Shown here: positions 1 through 9,387 of the stretch, piece after piece | Layout: the number at the start of each line of letters is the position of its first letter | How positions within the stretch are numbered: the first letter of the stretch is position 1 | Assembly (NCBI GenBank): GCA_964291415.2 | Contig: OZ219920.1 | Location: forward strand, 1,376,001-1,440,000 | Direction: 5' to 3' | Length of the DNA: 64,000 nt | Source: Alphaproteobacteria bacterium | GTDB lineage: Bacteria; Pseudomonadota; Alphaproteobacteria; SP197 | Position numbers and translations under genes: made by a program | Notes under the pieces: model-generated | Seen by the model: the letters and a program-made list of their open reading frames with translations, nothing else | Told to the model about the DNA's origin: nothing | The model's database searches: none

Positions 1-537
1 GGCCAGCACGGCCATGTCGCGCGCCGTCGATGTCATGCTACGGCGGTGCAGGCCCGAGGCGTTGGTGAAGACCGTGCGCCGCATGCCGAGTTCACGGGCC
101 TTGTTCGTCATCATGGTCGTGAACCCCGCCTCACTGCCGCCAAGACCTTCGGCGACCGCCACGGCAACATCGTTGGCCGACTTGATGACGAGAGCCATGA
201 TGGCGTCCTGGGCGGAGATCGAACCGCCTCTGGGAATGCCGAGTTTGGACGGCACCTGATCGCTCGCCTTGCGCGAGAAGGTAAACCGGGTGTCAAGCGT
301 GATGGTGCCCTTCTCGAGTGCATCGAACACGAGATAGAGCGTCATCATCTTTGCCAGGGAGGCCGGGTACATCTCCTTGTCCGGCTTGCGCTGGGCGAGC
401 ACATTGCCGTTGGTGGCATCAATCACGAAGTATGTCGTTTCCTTGGCAGCCTCGGCGTCCGTCACACCCGCCAAGAAGCCAAGCACAAGACCTGCCAGAA
501 GGCACCGGGTGCGGCGAACAGGAACACGACCGGCCAT
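1..537 (-). CDS. D-alanyl-D-alanine carboxypeptidase (peptidase S11, low-MW PBP); 3' end runs off the window
   Basis: Not in the ORF track. Manual translation from ATG at 537 gives a signal-like N-terminus, then YPASLAKMMT (SxxK), KSANDVA (SxN) and FTNASGLH. GGGGA RBS-like sequence upstream. Confidence 0.9.
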   Translation of the reverse strand, partial: MAGRVPVRRTRCLLAGLVLGFLAGVTDAEAAKETTYFVIDATNGNVLAQRKPDKEMYPASLAKMMTLYLVFDALEKGTITLDTRFTFSRKASDQVPSKLGIPRGGSISAQDAIMALVIKSANDVAVAVAEGLGGSEAGFTTMMTNKARELGMRRTVFTNASGLHRRSMTSTARDMAVLA

Positions 538-775
538 CAACAATCCCCTGATGCTTGGCTCTGGCTCATTACAGACGATGACGCGTGCCAGTCCAGCAAT
601 TCTTCCACAGATCCTGGAGCCGAACCAAGACGGCGAACGGAATGAACCATACCGAGGGGGTTTGCTGAACAATTCAGGCAATGCACCCTGCATGTAGTGT
701 TCATCTCGCACCGGTCAAACTCGCGGGATCCGGATATCCATCCACAGGCCCGGCCTTGCCTGAAAGCAACGGATA

Positions 776-2194
776 TCAACTGGCAGCTCGTCCCGCCGCG
801 GGCCATGAAGACAGGGTCGGGAAACGTTCCTGGTAGGCGGCGCCAGCTCTCAGGGCGAGCGCATCGGCCTGGCGACGTGCCACGATCTGCAGGCCCACCG
901 GCAGTCCGTCTTCGGTAAATCCGCACGGCACCGACAGAGCCGGTTGTCCCGTAAGATTGAACGGCCAGGTGAACGGCGTCCACGTGTACCAGCGTTCATG
1001 AGGCCAGCCTGACGGCACCTCTAGGCCCACCTCGAATGCGCAAATCGGCAGGGTGGGCGTCACGAGAAGGTCAAAGCGTTCAAGGAGCGCACCGACATCC
1101 GCCGAGTAGCGCATGCGTGCCCGCTCGGCCTCGACAAGGTCAACCGCCCTGAAGGCCTCACCCTCGGCGGCGATCCTGGTGAGGCCATAGTCAAGAAACC
1201 GGCGCCGATGCCGGCTCTGGGTACGGATGGCCGCAGCGGAGGCGGCATACCACAGGGTGCGGAAGGCTTCCTCCGCCTTCGGCACGTCGAAGTCGATTTC
1301 CTCGATCTCCATGCCGAGATCGCCCAGACCTCGTACCGCCTGATCCACCACCTCACCGACGGCGGGAGTCACCCTGATGTGGCCGAGGTCCCGACTGTAG
1401 GCAACCCTCAGACCGGCCACGGTACACCGTGTCTGTGCAAGATGGTCGATCCCATCATCGGCCAGCGACCACGGGTCGCGTGAATCGGGTTTGCCGATCA
1501 CGTCGAGAAGAAGGGCGGCATCACTCACGGTCCGGGCCATCGGTCCGACGTGGGACAACGTGCCATAGAGGCCCGGTGGCCACGCCGCCACCCTGCCGAA
1601 GGTCGGCTTGAAGCCGACAATGCCGCAAAACGATGCCGGAATGCGCACCGAACCCCCACCGTCCGTGCCAAGAGCCAGGGGACCGACACCGCAGGCAACG
1701 GCCGCCGCGGCACCGCCGCTCGAACCGCCCGGTGTCATGCGCAGGTTCCAGGGGTTGCGCGTCTGTCCGTAAAGCGGACTGTCGGTGACGCCCTTCCAGC
1801 CCATCTCCGGGGTCGTCGTCATGCCGATGAAGAGGGCGCCGGATTCGCGCAGGCGGGCGACGGCAGGGGCATCAGCCGTCCACGGCTGTCTGGCATCCAC
1901 CGCTTTCGAACCCATGCGCGTCGGCCAGCCCCTGATTCTGAGGACGTCCTTGACGCTTGTCGGCACACCGTCGAGAGGACCGAGTGGAGCGCCCGCCGCC
2001 CAGCGCTCTTCCGATGCGACTGCCGCCGCCCGGAATGCCTCGTCGTCCCGATGGCAGAAGGCATTGAGATTGCCATCCACGTCCTCGAGGCGCTCGAGCA
2101 CGGCATCGGCCACCTCGACGGGTGACAGGTCACGGGCCCGGTAGTGCCGGACGAGGTCGACCGCTGTCAGCCGATGCAGGTCCTCAGCCGGCAT
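776..2194 (-). CDS. Amidase-signature family amidase
   Basis: SVKD, PGGSSGG and GTDGGGSVRIPA motifs. The ATG at 2194 overlaps the upstream TGA, so the ORF-track start at 2251 is probably too long. Confidence 0.9.
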   Translation of the reverse strand: MPAEDLHRLTAVDLVRHYRARDLSPVEVADAVLERLEDVDGNLNAFCHRDDEAFRAAAVASEERWAAGAPLGPLDGVPTSVKDVLRIRGWPTRMGSKAVDARQPWTADAPAVARLRESGALFIGMTTTPEMGWKGVTDSPLYGQTRNPWNLRMTPGGSSGGAAAAVACGVGPLALGTDGGGSVRIPASFCGIVGFKPTFGRVAAWPPGLYGTLSHVGPMARTVSDAALLLDVIGKPDSRDPWSLADDGIDHLAQTRCTVAGLRVAYSRDLGHIRVTPAVGEVVDQAVRGLGDLGMEIEEIDFDVPKAEEAFRTLWYAASAAAIRTQSRHRRRFLDYGLTRIAAEGEAFRAVDLVEAERARMRYSADVGALLERFDLLVTPTLPICAFEVGLEVPSGWPHERWYTWTPFTWPFNLTGQPALSVPCGFTEDGLPVGLQIVARRQADALALRAGAAYQERFPTLSSWPAAGRAAS

Positions 2195-3030
2195 CACGCG
2201 AATTCCAGTTTCGCCGATGTTGTCAGACCGCCTGACGAATCCTCGATCCACAGCCTGAGTTCACCGCCGGCCTCCGGCTTCCCGCAGACAAGGAAGGGGC
2301 GAGGAGCGAAGAGTGGCGCCATCCCGCGGTAGCGGAAGTGCCTGATGCGACGTTCAGGAAATGTCCTTTCCGCGAGGTCAAGCAGCAAGAGCGCCTGCAT
2401 CGGCCCGTGAACGACGAGATCTGGATAGTCTTCCTCGTTGCGGCAGTACTCGACGTCGTAGTGAATTCGATGAGCATTGAACGTGAGCGCGGAAAATCGG
2501 AACAGCAGCACCGGGTCGGCGACAACGCTGCGCTGCCAGGCCGCGTCCTGCGGCGGGGCCACACGCCGTGCCTCTCCGGAGGCTCCGGGTTCATCGCGGA
2601 ACACGAGGTTGCGAACCTCGATGACGGCGTCCCCGTCTTCCTGGGCGACACGGTGTTCCATTGTGACAAAGCACAGGTCTCCGGAACGCCCCTTCTTCCT
2701 CTCCACTGAGGTGATGGTAACCGTCTGGCGAGCCGATCGGCCAAGAACCAGATCGCGCTCGAAGGTGAACGAGCCGCCGGCCCACATCCTGCGGGGAAGC
2801 CCTGTGTCCGGAATGAACTCGCCCGGGGTCGTGCGCCCGTCTCGGCCAATGAGGGATGTTGGTGGACAGTCAAGAAAATAGAGCAGGGTCCAGCCGCAGG
2901 GGAGCCGGGCGCCTTTCGTGAGATTGGCGTCATCCCTGTCGAAGGTGGCGGCAAGGTGACGGGCAGGTGTCACGCCCAGCACGTCCATCGATTCCCGGGT
3001 CTTTCCGACGGAATCGGAGGGTGTGGCCAT
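2194..3030 (-). CDS. Double hot-dog (MaoC-like) acyl-CoA hydratase/dehydratase, HTD2/mesaconyl-CoA hydratase-like
   Basis: RRMWAGG, LFRFSALTFNAHRIHYD and LVVHGP motifs; start taken at MATPSDS. Confidence 0.85.
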   Translation of the reverse strand: MATPSDSVGKTRESMDVLGVTPARHLAATFDRDDANLTKGARLPCGWTLLYFLDCPPTSLIGRDGRTTPGEFIPDTGLPRRMWAGGSFTFERDLVLGRSARQTVTITSVERKKGRSGDLCFVTMEHRVAQEDGDAVIEVRNLVFRDEPGASGEARRVAPPQDAAWQRSVVADPVLLFRFSALTFNAHRIHYDVEYCRNEEDYPDLVVHGPMQALLLLDLAERTFPERRIRHFRYRGMAPLFAPRPFLVCGKPEAGGELRLWIEDSSGGLTTSAKLEFA

Positions 3031-3105
3031 CGCGCGTTCTCCCTTGTGAAGCCTCTCCTCTTGCCACATGTTGCCGCCCGGAACCATCCACCGGGCGAGA
3101 GCGAC

Positions 3106-3741
3106 GTGACTGACTTCTTCGATCCGACAGATCCTGCCCAGCTCTCCGCATTCCTGTCCATCATCGTCATCGACATCGTCATGTCCGGCGACAATGCCAT
3201 CGTCATCGGCATGGCGGTGGCGGGCCTGCCCCCCGCCATGCGGCGCAGGGCCATCGTATTCGGAATCGCCGCAGCCACCATCCTGCGCATCTGCTTCGCC
3301 CTGATCGTGGTTGAACTGCTGAGCATCGTCGGCCTTCTCCTCGTTGGCGGCCTGCTGCTCGCATGGGTGTGCTGGCGCATGTGGCGTGACATTCGCGGCG
3401 GCCAGCTCACCCGCCATCCCGAGCCCATGCCGACAATGCGCGCCACCGACACGGACCGTAAACCGACAACCATCCGTCACGCCCTGACGCTGATCGTCGT
3501 CGCCGACTTATCCATGTCACTCGACAACGTGCTCGCTGTCGGAGGTGCCGCGCACGGATACCACGTCCTCCTGGTTTTCGGCCTCGTCCTTTCCATCATC
3601 CTGATGGCCGTGGCGGCGAACTTCATCGCCAGGCTTCTCCATCGCCATCACTGGATCGCCTACATCGGTCTCGCGGTGTTGCTGTGGGTCACCGGCGACA
3701 TGATCTGGCGAGGATCCATGCAGGTTGTCGATCACCTGTGA
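3106..3741 (+). CDS. TerC/YjbE family integral membrane protein
   Basis: IDIVMSGDNAIVI and ADLSMSLDNVLAV motifs, several hydrophobic helices, GTG start. Confidence 0.9.
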   Translation: MTDFFDPTDPAQLSAFLSIIVIDIVMSGDNAIVIGMAVAGLPPAMRRRAIVFGIAAATILRICFALIVVELLSIVGLLLVGGLLLAWVCWRMWRDIRGGQLTRHPEPMPTMRATDTDRKPTTIRHALTLIVVADLSMSLDNVLAVGGAAHGYHVLLVFGLVLSIILMAVAANFIARLLHRHHWIAYIGLAVLLWVTGDMIWRGSMQVVDHL

Positions 3742-3779
3742 TGCCAGCCGTTCCCGGACCTGCGCATCCGCCGGCCGCG

Positions 3780-5090
3780 TCATTCAAGATGGCCGAGACC
3801 AACACCGTGATAGGCAAAACCGGCATCGATGATGTCCGAGGCGCTGTACATGTTGCGCAAATCGATCATGAGAGGCTGGTTCAGGACCGACCTGAGTCGT
3901 GCGAGGTCGAGCGACCGGAACTCGTTCCACTCCGTGACAATGACAATGGCATCGGCTCCCGCTGCCGCCTCGTAGGGACCGGTGCAGGTCACCAGCCCTT
4001 TCATGGTCTTGCTGGCGGCCCCCATGGCCACCGGATCGAAGGCTCTCACCCCCACACCGCGGTCGAGGAGTTCCGATGCGATGGCGAGACTCGGCGATTC
4101 GCGGATGTCGTCCGTGTCCGGCTTGAAACTCAGACCGAGGAGCGCCACGGTCTTCCCTCTGGTGCCATCAAGCAAGGACACGATGCGCTGGGCCATCGAA
4201 CGCTTGCGGTCGGCGTTGGCGGCGATCACCGCCTCGACGATGGTGAGCGGTGTACCGCTCTCCCTTGCCCCGCCGGCGAGCGCCAGCGTGTCCTTGGGAA
4301 AGCAGCTGCCTCCGTAGCCCGGTCCGGGATGGAGAAACCGGTCGCCGATTCGGCCATCGAGACCGATTCCACGGGCCACATCCAGGACATTGGCGCCAAC
4401 ACTCTCGCAGTAGTCGGCCATCTCGTTGATGAAGGCGATCTTGGTCGCGAGGAAGCTGTTGGCAGCGTACTTGATAAGCTCTGCCGTCTCCCGTGACGTA
4501 TGCAGGATCGGCGTGCGTTCAAAGAAGAGGGGACTGTAGATCTCGTCCATCAGACGCGCCGCCCGCTCGCGCTCGCTGCCAACGATGATTCGATCCGGAC
4601 GCAGAAAGTCCCTCACGGCCGAACCTTCCCGCAGGAACTCCGGATTGGAGACGACGTCGAACTCCGCGCGGGGCCGTATCCGTCTCATCGCCTCCTCGAC
4701 CCGGCGACCGGTACCGACGGGGACAGTCGACTTGGTGACGATCACGCTGTAGCGCTCGATGACCCGCGCCACTTCCTCGGCGGCGCTGAACAGGAAGCTG
4801 AGGTCCGCCTTGCCATTGCCGCGATGGCCCGGTGTTCCAACAGCGATGAAGATGGCGTCAGACTCCATGACCGACGGCGCAAGTTCCGTCGTGAACGTCA
4901 GGCGGCCCGCTTCGGTGTTGCGGCCTACAAGCCGCGGCAGGCCGGGTTCGTAGATGGGCACCTCACCCGACTGCAGGCGGGCAACCCGCCCTTCATCCCG
5001 ATCGACACAGACGACGTCGATGCCGAATTCAGAAAAGCAGGCGCCCGACACCAGTCCGACATAGCCGGCACCCACCATGGTGATGCGCAT
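3780..5090 (-). CDS. ugd: UDP-glucose 6-dehydrogenase
   Basis: GAGYVG Rossmann motif, SNPEFLREG, GYGGSCFPKD catalytic Cys, FKPDTDDIRES. Confidence 0.95.
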   Translation of the reverse strand: MRITMVGAGYVGLVSGACFSEFGIDVVCVDRDEGRVARLQSGEVPIYEPGLPRLVGRNTEAGRLTFTTELAPSVMESDAIFIAVGTPGHRGNGKADLSFLFSAAEEVARVIERYSVIVTKSTVPVGTGRRVEEAMRRIRPRAEFDVVSNPEFLREGSAVRDFLRPDRIIVGSERERAARLMDEIYSPLFFERTPILHTSRETAELIKYAANSFLATKIAFINEMADYCESVGANVLDVARGIGLDGRIGDRFLHPGPGYGGSCFPKDTLALAGGARESGTPLTIVEAVIAANADRKRSMAQRIVSLLDGTRGKTVALLGLSFKPDTDDIRESPSLAIASELLDRGVGVRAFDPVAMGAASKTMKGLVTCTGPYEAAAGADAIVIVTEWNEFRSLDLARLRSVLNQPLMIDLRNMYSASDIIDAGFAYHGVGLGHLE

Positions 5091-5157
5091 TGCTCAAGAA
5101 TCCCGTCAGGCTGTTACAGGGAGAGCACATACAGCAAACCGCGGGCCTGCGTCATCG

Positions 5158-5592
5158 TCAGCGCCCAGCCATCAGCACGTCCCTTGCCTCGTTGATCCGC
5201 CGGGCGAACCAGGCGGAGCCGCCCTTGTCGGGATGATGCTCGGCCATCATCCGGCGGTAGGCTTCGGTGATCGTCCTTTCGTCGGCATCAGCCGCAACAC
5301 CAAGGATCTCGGCGGCTTCGGCGACGCTCATGGTGGACGCGGAAGGACGTGGCCCGGCGTGAAATCCACGCGGTCTCTTCCAGGGAAAGAGCAGTGGAAA
5401 CAGCATGAGACCGGCCATCAGTGCGGCGCGGAACTGCCCCGTGGCCGCCAGCGTGGCAATACCGGCAACAATCGCCGCCGTGAGGATCCACTTGATCCAG
5501 CGCAGCACGGTTGATGCACGTGCGTTGACGCCGATCCAGGCCAGTGCCCAGATCAGGAGTACCCCGCCAATTGCCGCAAGCAACCAGTTCAC
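5158..5592 (-). CDS. Small membrane-anchored J-domain (DnaJ-like) protein
   Basis: N-terminal hydrophobic helices and a C-terminal J domain with HHPDKGGS. Confidence 0.85.
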   Translation of the reverse strand: MNWLLAAIGGVLLIWALAWIGVNARASTVLRWIKWILTAAIVAGIATLAATGQFRAALMAGLMLFPLLFPWKRPRGFHAGPRPSASTMSVAEAAEILGVAADADERTITEAYRRMMAEHHPDKGGSAWFARRINEARDVLMAGR

Positions 5593-5599
5593 GGCAACA

Positions 5600-6073
5600 T
5601 CATCCGCGATCGCGCATCAGGCGTTCCTTCTGGCGTTTCCACTCCCGTTCCCGGATTGCTGCCCGCTTGTCATGTGCATGCTTGCCCCTCCCCAGTCCGA
5701 GCTCGACCTTGGCCACGCCCCTGGGGTTGAAGTAGATGCTGAGTGGAACAAGCGTGTAACCGCGGCGGCTGACAGCACCGGCCAGCCTTTCGATCTCCCG
5801 GCGGTGAAGAAGCAGCTTGCGCGGCCGTTCGGGCTCATGATTGTCGCGGCCCGCCTGTTGCCAGGGCGAGATATGACAGTCCTCGAGCCAGATTTCCCGG
5901 TCCCGTTCCCTGGCGAAGGCCCCGTTGATGTTGGCGCGACCAGCGCGCAGCGACTGTGTCTCGCTTCCGGTCAGAACGATTCCCGCCTCGATCCGGTCCT
6001 CGATGGCATAGTCGCGGAATGCCTTGCGGTTGCGGGCAACAGTGGTTCCCGCCGGAATGCTCTTGCCCGCCAT
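5600..6073 (-). CDS. smpB: SsrA-binding protein
   Basis: NRKAFRDY, EAGIVLTGSE, RKLLLH and GKHAHDKR motifs. Confidence 0.97.
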   Translation of the reverse strand: MAGKSIPAGTTVARNRKAFRDYAIEDRIEAGIVLTGSETQSLRAGRANINGAFARERDREIWLEDCHISPWQQAGRDNHEPERPRKLLLHRREIERLAGAVSRRGYTLVPLSIYFNPRGVAKVELGLGRGKHAHDKRAAIREREWKRQKERLMRDRG

Positions 6074-6081
6074 TGCACGTG

Positions 6082-6969
6082 TCAGGCGAGAACCCCGGCC
6101 TGCCTCATGGCATCCCTCACCCTGGCCTTGGTCGCCTCCGCCGGAGGCGCCAGGGGCAGACGCACGGAGCCGTCGCCCCAGCCGAGCAGGCTGGCCGCGT
6201 ACTTGACGGGCCCGGGACTGGTTTCGCTGAACAGCGCCTCATGGAGCGGCATGAGCTGGTCCTGGATGTCCCGGGCCTCTTCGAAATCGCCGCCCTGCCA
6301 TGCCTCGTGCATTCTGGCGCAGAGTGCCGGTGCCACGTTGGCCGTCACGGAAATGCAACCGTGCCCGCCCATGCCGAGAAGTCCGATGACCGCGGCGTCC
6401 TCACCCGACATCTGGATGAACTCCCTGCCGCAGAGCCAGCGCTGCTTGGAGGCCCTGTCGGCAGCCGCCGTCGATTCCTTGCAGCCGACAACGTTGGAGA
6501 GCCCGGCAATGCGCTGCATCGTCAACGGCTCGATGTCGACGCCTGTCCGTCCAGGAATGTTGTAGACAACGATGGGTATGTCGACGGCATCGTTGACCGC
6601 CTCGAAATGGCCGAAGAGGCCTTCCTGGGTCGGCTTGTTGTAGTAACCGGTGACGATCAGCGCGGCATCCGCACCCGCCTCCCGCGCATGACGCGTCAGC
6701 ATGATGCACTCGGCCGTGGAGTTCGAACCGGTTCCGGCCAGCACCGGAACGCGTCCTGCCGCAGCCTCGACGGCGAGGCGCACCACATGCATGTCCTCAT
6801 CGTGGGACAACGTCGGCGATTCGCCTGTCGTACCCATGGCCAGCACGCCGTGGGTTCCCTGGGCAATCTGCCAGTCGATGAAGTCCTGATATCCCTTGTC
6901 GTCGATCTTGCCATCGCGGAACAGCGTGACGAGTGCGACAAAGGAACCCTTCAGCTTCGCGGTGATCAT
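6082..6969 (-). CDS. dapA: 4-hydroxy-tetrahydrodipicolinate synthase
   Basis: GTTGESPTL, YYNKPTQ and YNIPGRT motifs; dapA-smpB adjacency. Confidence 0.93.
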   Translation of the reverse strand: MITAKLKGSFVALVTLFRDGKIDDKGYQDFIDWQIAQGTHGVLAMGTTGESPTLSHDEDMHVVRLAVEAAAGRVPVLAGTGSNSTAECIMLTRHAREAGADAALIVTGYYNKPTQEGLFGHFEAVNDAVDIPIVVYNIPGRTGVDIEPLTMQRIAGLSNVVGCKESTAAADRASKQRWLCGREFIQMSGEDAAVIGLLGMGGHGCISVTANVAPALCARMHEAWQGGDFEEARDIQDQLMPLHEALFSETSPGPVKYAASLLGWGDGSVRLPLAPPAEATKARVRDAMRQAGVLA

Positions 6970-7041
6970 GACAGTTTCCAGATCGGCTCTCCCATGGAGA
7001 CTAGTCCCCACGCGGGGCCGGGACAAGAGGAACCCGCCCGT

Positions 7042-8259
7042 TCAGGCCTGGGCAACTCCCCAGATTTCGACAGTGTTTTCCGGAGAATGCATCATCGGTT
7101 TGGGCACCAGCGTGACCGGCGGCAAGGTGCCTCCCACGGTGTCGAGCAGGGTGTCGAGAAAGGCTCGTGTGTCGGCGGCGCCGGTTGACGTGTAGTAGCA
7201 GACCATCAGCTTGAGATCCGACGGACCCCGGTCGAAACCCCTCAGCAGGTCCTCCACAAACGACATGGTGAATCGTGTCTGCGCCACGAGGTCGCCGGGC
7301 ATCACGCGTCCACCGTCGTTGGTGAAGGGCGTGTGAGGCACCTGCCCGCCCAGCCAGATCATGTCACGCAGGCAAATGGCCTGCCTGTAGGGCAAGGGTA
7401 TGGGCCAGTCCCAGACGCGATCCGGCCAGACATCCAGGCGCGGGATGTATTTGTCGAAACTGCCGCGGCGGCCCCGCATCGCCAGGACGCCGATCTTGGT
7501 GCGCGCTCCTTCCGGATGAAGCCGGTGGCATGGCACCACGGTTGCCGGCGGGCCCGGCTCCCGGAAATGACTGGCGCGCGCACGTGCCAGGGGCGCCCAG
7601 TCCTCGAGGCTGGTGCCGAAGTAGTAGCCCTCCATCTTGACGCTGTCCTGGAGCGATGCTCCCAGTTCGTCCAGAGTCCGCTCGTGCATGGCCATGACGG
7701 CGTGGCTCTGTTCGACGGGATCCGCCGACAGGATCCGGCCGTCGTCATCGACCGCCGTACGGTTGGCCACGGCGATGAACTCCCCCGCTCTCAGGCCCGC
7801 CGTGACTTTTTCGAGACCAACCCTCTCCCGCGCCGGCGCCGGGACTGGTTGGTGACAGTAGCGGGCATCGGCATTCCCGCGCCAGCCGCGGCAGGCGATC
7901 GCCTGCACCTGGATGACCTGACCTTCAAAGGGTTGCAGCGGTTCGGGCACGGTGCTGATTGCCGGCAGCGGATCGCCCGGCAGCTGCCGCGCCAGGGCGG
8001 CGATGACATCCCAGTCACCGACGTCGGCCGTGTAGTAGGCCTTGATGCGCACCACATCCTCCAGCGTGCAGAATTCCGTGGCGAGGGCTTCCTCGATGGC
8101 GCGAATGGCGCCGGCGACCTGGGCAACAAGATCCTCCGGGTTCCGTATTGTCCCCGTCGCATCAAAATCGCCGGCGCCACCAACAAACGTCAGTGGCCCG
8201 GCACTGGCTGACTGGTGGTGTGTCGCCACACCGGGCAAGGTCCAGATTCTGTCAGACAC
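7042..8259 (-). CDS. Rid (YjgF/YER057c/UK114) family protein with three tandem domains
   Basis: Three similar ~130 aa units (DLVAQ..LEDVVRIKAYY; DPVEQ..LQDSVKMEGYY; DLVAQ..SDLKLMVCYY), ending VEIWGVA. Confidence 0.8.
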   Translation of the reverse strand: MSDRIWTLPGVATHHQSASAGPLTFVGGAGDFDATGTIRNPEDLVAQVAGAIRAIEEALATEFCTLEDVVRIKAYYTADVGDWDVIAALARQLPGDPLPAISTVPEPLQPFEGQVIQVQAIACRGWRGNADARYCHQPVPAPARERVGLEKVTAGLRAGEFIAVANRTAVDDDGRILSADPVEQSHAVMAMHERTLDELGASLQDSVKMEGYYFGTSLEDWAPLARARASHFREPGPPATVVPCHRLHPEGARTKIGVLAMRGRRGSFDKYIPRLDVWPDRVWDWPIPLPYRQAICLRDMIWLGGQVPHTPFTNDGGRVMPGDLVAQTRFTMSFVEDLLRGFDRGPSDLKLMVCYYTSTGAADTRAFLDTLLDTVGGTLPPVTLVPKPMMHSPENTVEIWGVAQA

Positions 8260-8409
8260 GCCTCGTTCCCCTCATCGCCTGGTTCACCTGCCCCATCATC
8301 TCAGAAGCCTTTCCGCAAGGGCAAGACCGGGCGTTCGACATCTCTTTGGCATCGCGCGCTTGCGGTGAATGGGGTAAGAGTGAGCGCGAATGGAACAGGG
8401 CGGGCGTCG

Positions 8410-9387
8410 ATGCCGGACATGCCGTCATATGCGGACATCGAGTCTGCCGCCCAGCGGCTTGACGGAAAGGCGGTCGTCACGCCGCTTCTCGAATCACCCA
8501 GGCTCAACGAGACTCTCGGTGGCCGGCTGCTGGTCAAGCCGGAATGCCTTCAGCTCACGGGCTCTTTCAAGTTCAGGGGCGCCTACAACAGGATTGCAGG
8601 CGGCGCCACGGGAAAAGGGGTCGTTGCCTATTCGTCGGGCAACCACGCCCAGGGAGTCGCCGCCGCGGCGTCCATGCTGGGGTACCCGGCGGTCATCGTG
8701 ATGCCCGAGGATGCGCCGGCCATCAAGATGGCTGGCACCCGCGCCTGGGGCGCCGACATCGTCACCTATGCCAGGCACGACGAATCGCGTGAAGAGATCG
8801 CCCGGTCCGTGGCCCGAAAGAGCGACATGACGATTGTGCCCCCCTATGACGATCCCATGATCATCGCCGGTCAGGGCACGGCCGGACTGGAGATCGCCGA
8901 CGCGTGCGACCAGCGGGACATCACGCCGGATGCCGTCATCACCTGCTGCGGCGGCGGCGGTCTCACCGCCGGCGTGGCCCTTGCCATCAGCCACCGATTC
9001 CCAGGGTGCGCCATCCACACCGCCGAACCCGAGGGGTGGGACGACACCGCCCGGTCCCTGGCGAGCGGCCGGCGCCAGACCATCACAGGCACACCCGCCT
9101 CGATCTGTGATGCCCTGCTCGCCCGCACCCCCGGCCGACTCACCTTCGACATCAACCGGAACCTTGTCCATTCGGGAACCGTGGTCACGGAATCGACCGT
9201 CATCAGGGCCATGGTGACCGCCCTCGAATCCTTCAAGCTTGTCGTTGAACCCGGTGGCGCCGTGGCGCTTGCATCGGCCATCAGCGGCATGGTTCCGGTC
9301 AAGGGACGGACCGTTGTCGCCGTCATCTCCGGCGGGAACGTCGACGCTGACGCCTACGCGGACCTCGTGGCGCGCAGCCAGTCATGA
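8410..9387 (+). CDS. PLP-dependent threonine/serine dehydratase (fold type II, no regulatory domain)
   Basis: GSFKFRGA PLP-Lys motif, SSGNHAQG, GGGGL and ISGGNVD. Confidence 0.9.
   Translation: MPDMPSYADIESAAQRLDGKAVVTPLLESPRLNETLGGRLLVKPECLQLTGSFKFRGAYNRIAGGATGKGVVAYSSGNHAQGVAAAASMLGYPAVIVMPEDAPAIKMAGTRAWGADIVTYARHDESREEIARSVARKSDMTIVPPYDDPMIIAGQGTAGLEIADACDQRDITPDAVITCCGGGGLTAGVALAISHRFPGCAIHTAEPEGWDDTARSLASGRRQTITGTPASICDALLARTPGRLTFDINRNLVHSGTVVTESTVIRAMVTALESFKLVVEPGGAVALASAISGMVPVKGRTVVAVISGGNVDADAYADLVARSQS

Noticed and set aside
3031-3480. Apparent N-terminal extension of the hot-dog hydratase
   Set aside because: It overlaps the TerC-family gene on the opposite strand, and an RBS-like sequence precedes the ATG at 3030.
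5593-6081. tmRNA or an ssrA-targeted island next to smpB
   Set aside because: The flanking gaps are under 10 bp and there is no tRNA-like sequence.
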